From: Candidatus Nomurabacteria bacterium
GTDB taxonomy: Bacteria > Patescibacteriota > Minisyncoccia > Phycocordibacterales > UBA9973
NCBI GenBank assembly: GCA_037440325.1
Contig: JBBIUG010000002.1
Location: 1-34,932, forward strand
DNA length: 34,932 nt
Direction of reading: 5' to 3'
In this document: one piece after another, positions 34,421 to 34,932 of the stretch
How positions within the stretch are numbered: the first letter of the stretch is position 1
Layout: each line of letters begins with the position of its first letter
Notes under the pieces: generated by a model
Database searches by the model: none
What the model was told of the DNA's origin: nothing
The model's input: only the letters and a program-made list of their open reading frames with translations
Program-made: the position numbers and the translations under genes

Positions 34421-34471
34421 AAGCTCCTAACGAGCTTGGTTTTATAATAGCAAATTCAGTTTAAATGTCAA
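34421..34471 (-). promoter_or_regulatory. Putative rpsS promoter (TTGACA-16-TATTAT) and leader hairpin AAGCUC-GUUAG-GAGCUU followed by a U-rich tract
   Basis: -35 at 34471-34466, -10 at 34449-34444, and the hairpin at 34437-34421, all read on the minus strand. Confidence 0.45.
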
Positions 34472-34486
34472 ATTGGCAAGTTAAAA

Positions 34487-34504
34487 GGGGGCCGATCGGC
34501 CCCC
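34487..34504. terminator. Perfect GC palindrome GGGGGCCGATCGGCCCCC with T-runs on both strands
   Basis: The - strand hairpin is followed by TTTTAAC. The + strand hairpin is followed by TTCTTTTG. It lies 23 nt downstream of the 47-aa ORF stop. Confidence 0.65.
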
Positions 34505-34526
34505 TTCTTTTGATCCTGATCTCCCC

Positions 34527-34670
34527 TTAGTTGGGGGTGGCTGCCCTTCGCCCAGGCGTCTCTATCTCCTTGGCAAAGAGCGCCCGCTGAACGCTCGCGC
34601 TCGTTGGCGGATGCTTCGGGCCCGCCTTGTGCTTCTTCCCTCGGCCTTTCTTCCTGTGGTTCTTCGGCAT
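34527..34670 (-). CDS. Small (47 aa) very basic GC-rich ORF (MPKNHRKKGRGKKHKAGPKHPP...), below the ORF-track size cutoff
   Basis: Hand-translated. AGGAGG lies 5 nt upstream of the ATG. A TAATG stop/start overlap links it to the upstream ORF. The third-codon positions are strongly G/C-biased in this frame. A terminator follows. Confidence 0.4.
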   Translation of the reverse strand: MPKNHRKKGRGKKHKAGPKHPPTSASVQRALFAKEIETPGRRAATPN

Positions 34671-34831
34671 TACCCCCTCCTCGCAGGCAGATACGGCCCG
34701 AACGTTGGCGTCACGCCGGGCGGAAAAGTGGCCGGAAGCGAATAGAGCCGAGGGTGATCCTCCGTGGTAGAGCTTGGGGTTGGTTTCTTTTCCTTGGGTG
34801 CCTCTTTCTCTTTCTTCACGGATCCCTCCAT
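34670..34831 (-). CDS. Small Pro/Lys-rich GC-rich ORF (49-53 aa) of unknown function
   Basis: ATG at 34831, or GTG at 34819 preceded by GGAGG with a 5-nt spacer. G/C-biased third positions. The ORF-track version (61 aa) starts at a TTG with no SD. Confidence 0.35.
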   Translation of the reverse strand: MEGSVKKEKEAPKEKKPTPSSTTEDHPRLYSLPATFPPGVTPTFGPYLPARRG

Positions 34832-34894
34832 AAAACGACTGTCCGCCAGTGACAACGAGCTATTCCGCTTTTTTCTCTCTCCTTTCTAGGGTAT

Positions 34895-34922
34895 ATTATA
34901 ACATATCAAGGAAATAAAGCAA
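34895..34922 (-). promoter_or_regulatory. Putative promoter of the GC-rich two-ORF cassette (TTGCTT-16-TGtTATAAT, extended -10)
   Basis: -10 TATAAT at 34900-34895 with TG at 34903-34902. -35 TTGCTT at 34922-34917. Confidence 0.4.
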
Positions 34923-34932
34923 GCATCAAAAA

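Noticed and set aside
34604-34852. 82-aa ORF (+) in the second island
   Set aside because: It has a TTG start without an SD. It is antisense to the two frames that show SD sequences and G/C-biased third positions. It ends in a hydrophobic tail derived from the antisense of a Lys/Glu-rich stretch.
1-34932. Stop-codon reassignment (UGA or UAG recoding, as in some CPR lineages or phages)
   Set aside because: All conserved genes close with standard stops at the expected lengths. TGA ends smpB, TAG ends rplT inside its terminator, and TAA is common. Only the pilB TAG is suspicious, and it is treated separately.
1-34932. CRISPR arrays, rRNA genes, transposases, integrases, prophage genes
   Set aside because: No regularly spaced direct repeats, no rRNA-like conserved blocks, and no recombinase-like ORFs were seen on either strand.

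Overview
AT-rich (about one-third G+C by eye, not computed), tightly packed bacterial fragment. The content fits a small-genome CPR/Patescibacteria (Parcubacteria-like) organism; that assignment is an inference. Left to right: a minus-strand type IV pilus assembly operon (pilM-pilN-pilO-x-pilB) divergent from comF; a DedA / GT4 glycosyltransferase / sphingomyelin-synthase-like membrane cluster; two divergent type-II tRNA-Ser genes; recG; a B12 module (putative transporter, class II RNR, PduO adenosyltransferase); tRNA-Ile(UAU); ftsH; ssrA (tmRNA) and smpB; infC-rpmI-rplT; a leader-preceded operon (membrane protein, beta-CASP nuclease, LOG-like protein); ndk; a 922-aa VirD4/TraG-like ATPase; and the minus-strand S10/spc ribosomal cluster (rpsS to rplO, secY, adk, archaeal-type pyrH, map) with no rpmD (L30). 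The most unusual signals are three. (1) Two GC-rich micro-cassettes with small, SD-preceded, G/C-third-position-biased ORFs and perfect GC palindromic terminators interrupt the ribosomal operon, one between rplE and rpsZ and one upstream of rpsS. Each is followed by a consensus-like restart promoter. (2) A family of long hairpin elements (AT-rich stems, conserved GC-rich core) has at least four copies. One sits in-frame inside recG, and its 34-nt core is 33/34 identical to the copy in the smpB-ssrA spacer. (3) tRNA oddities: a canonical-looking tRNA-Ser with anticodon ACU preceded by a GC-rich structured leader that repeats the tRNA 5' end, and a tRNA-Ile with anticodon UAU. No CRISPR array, rRNA, transposase or integrase was seen. 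All family calls come from motif recognition by eye, not database searches.
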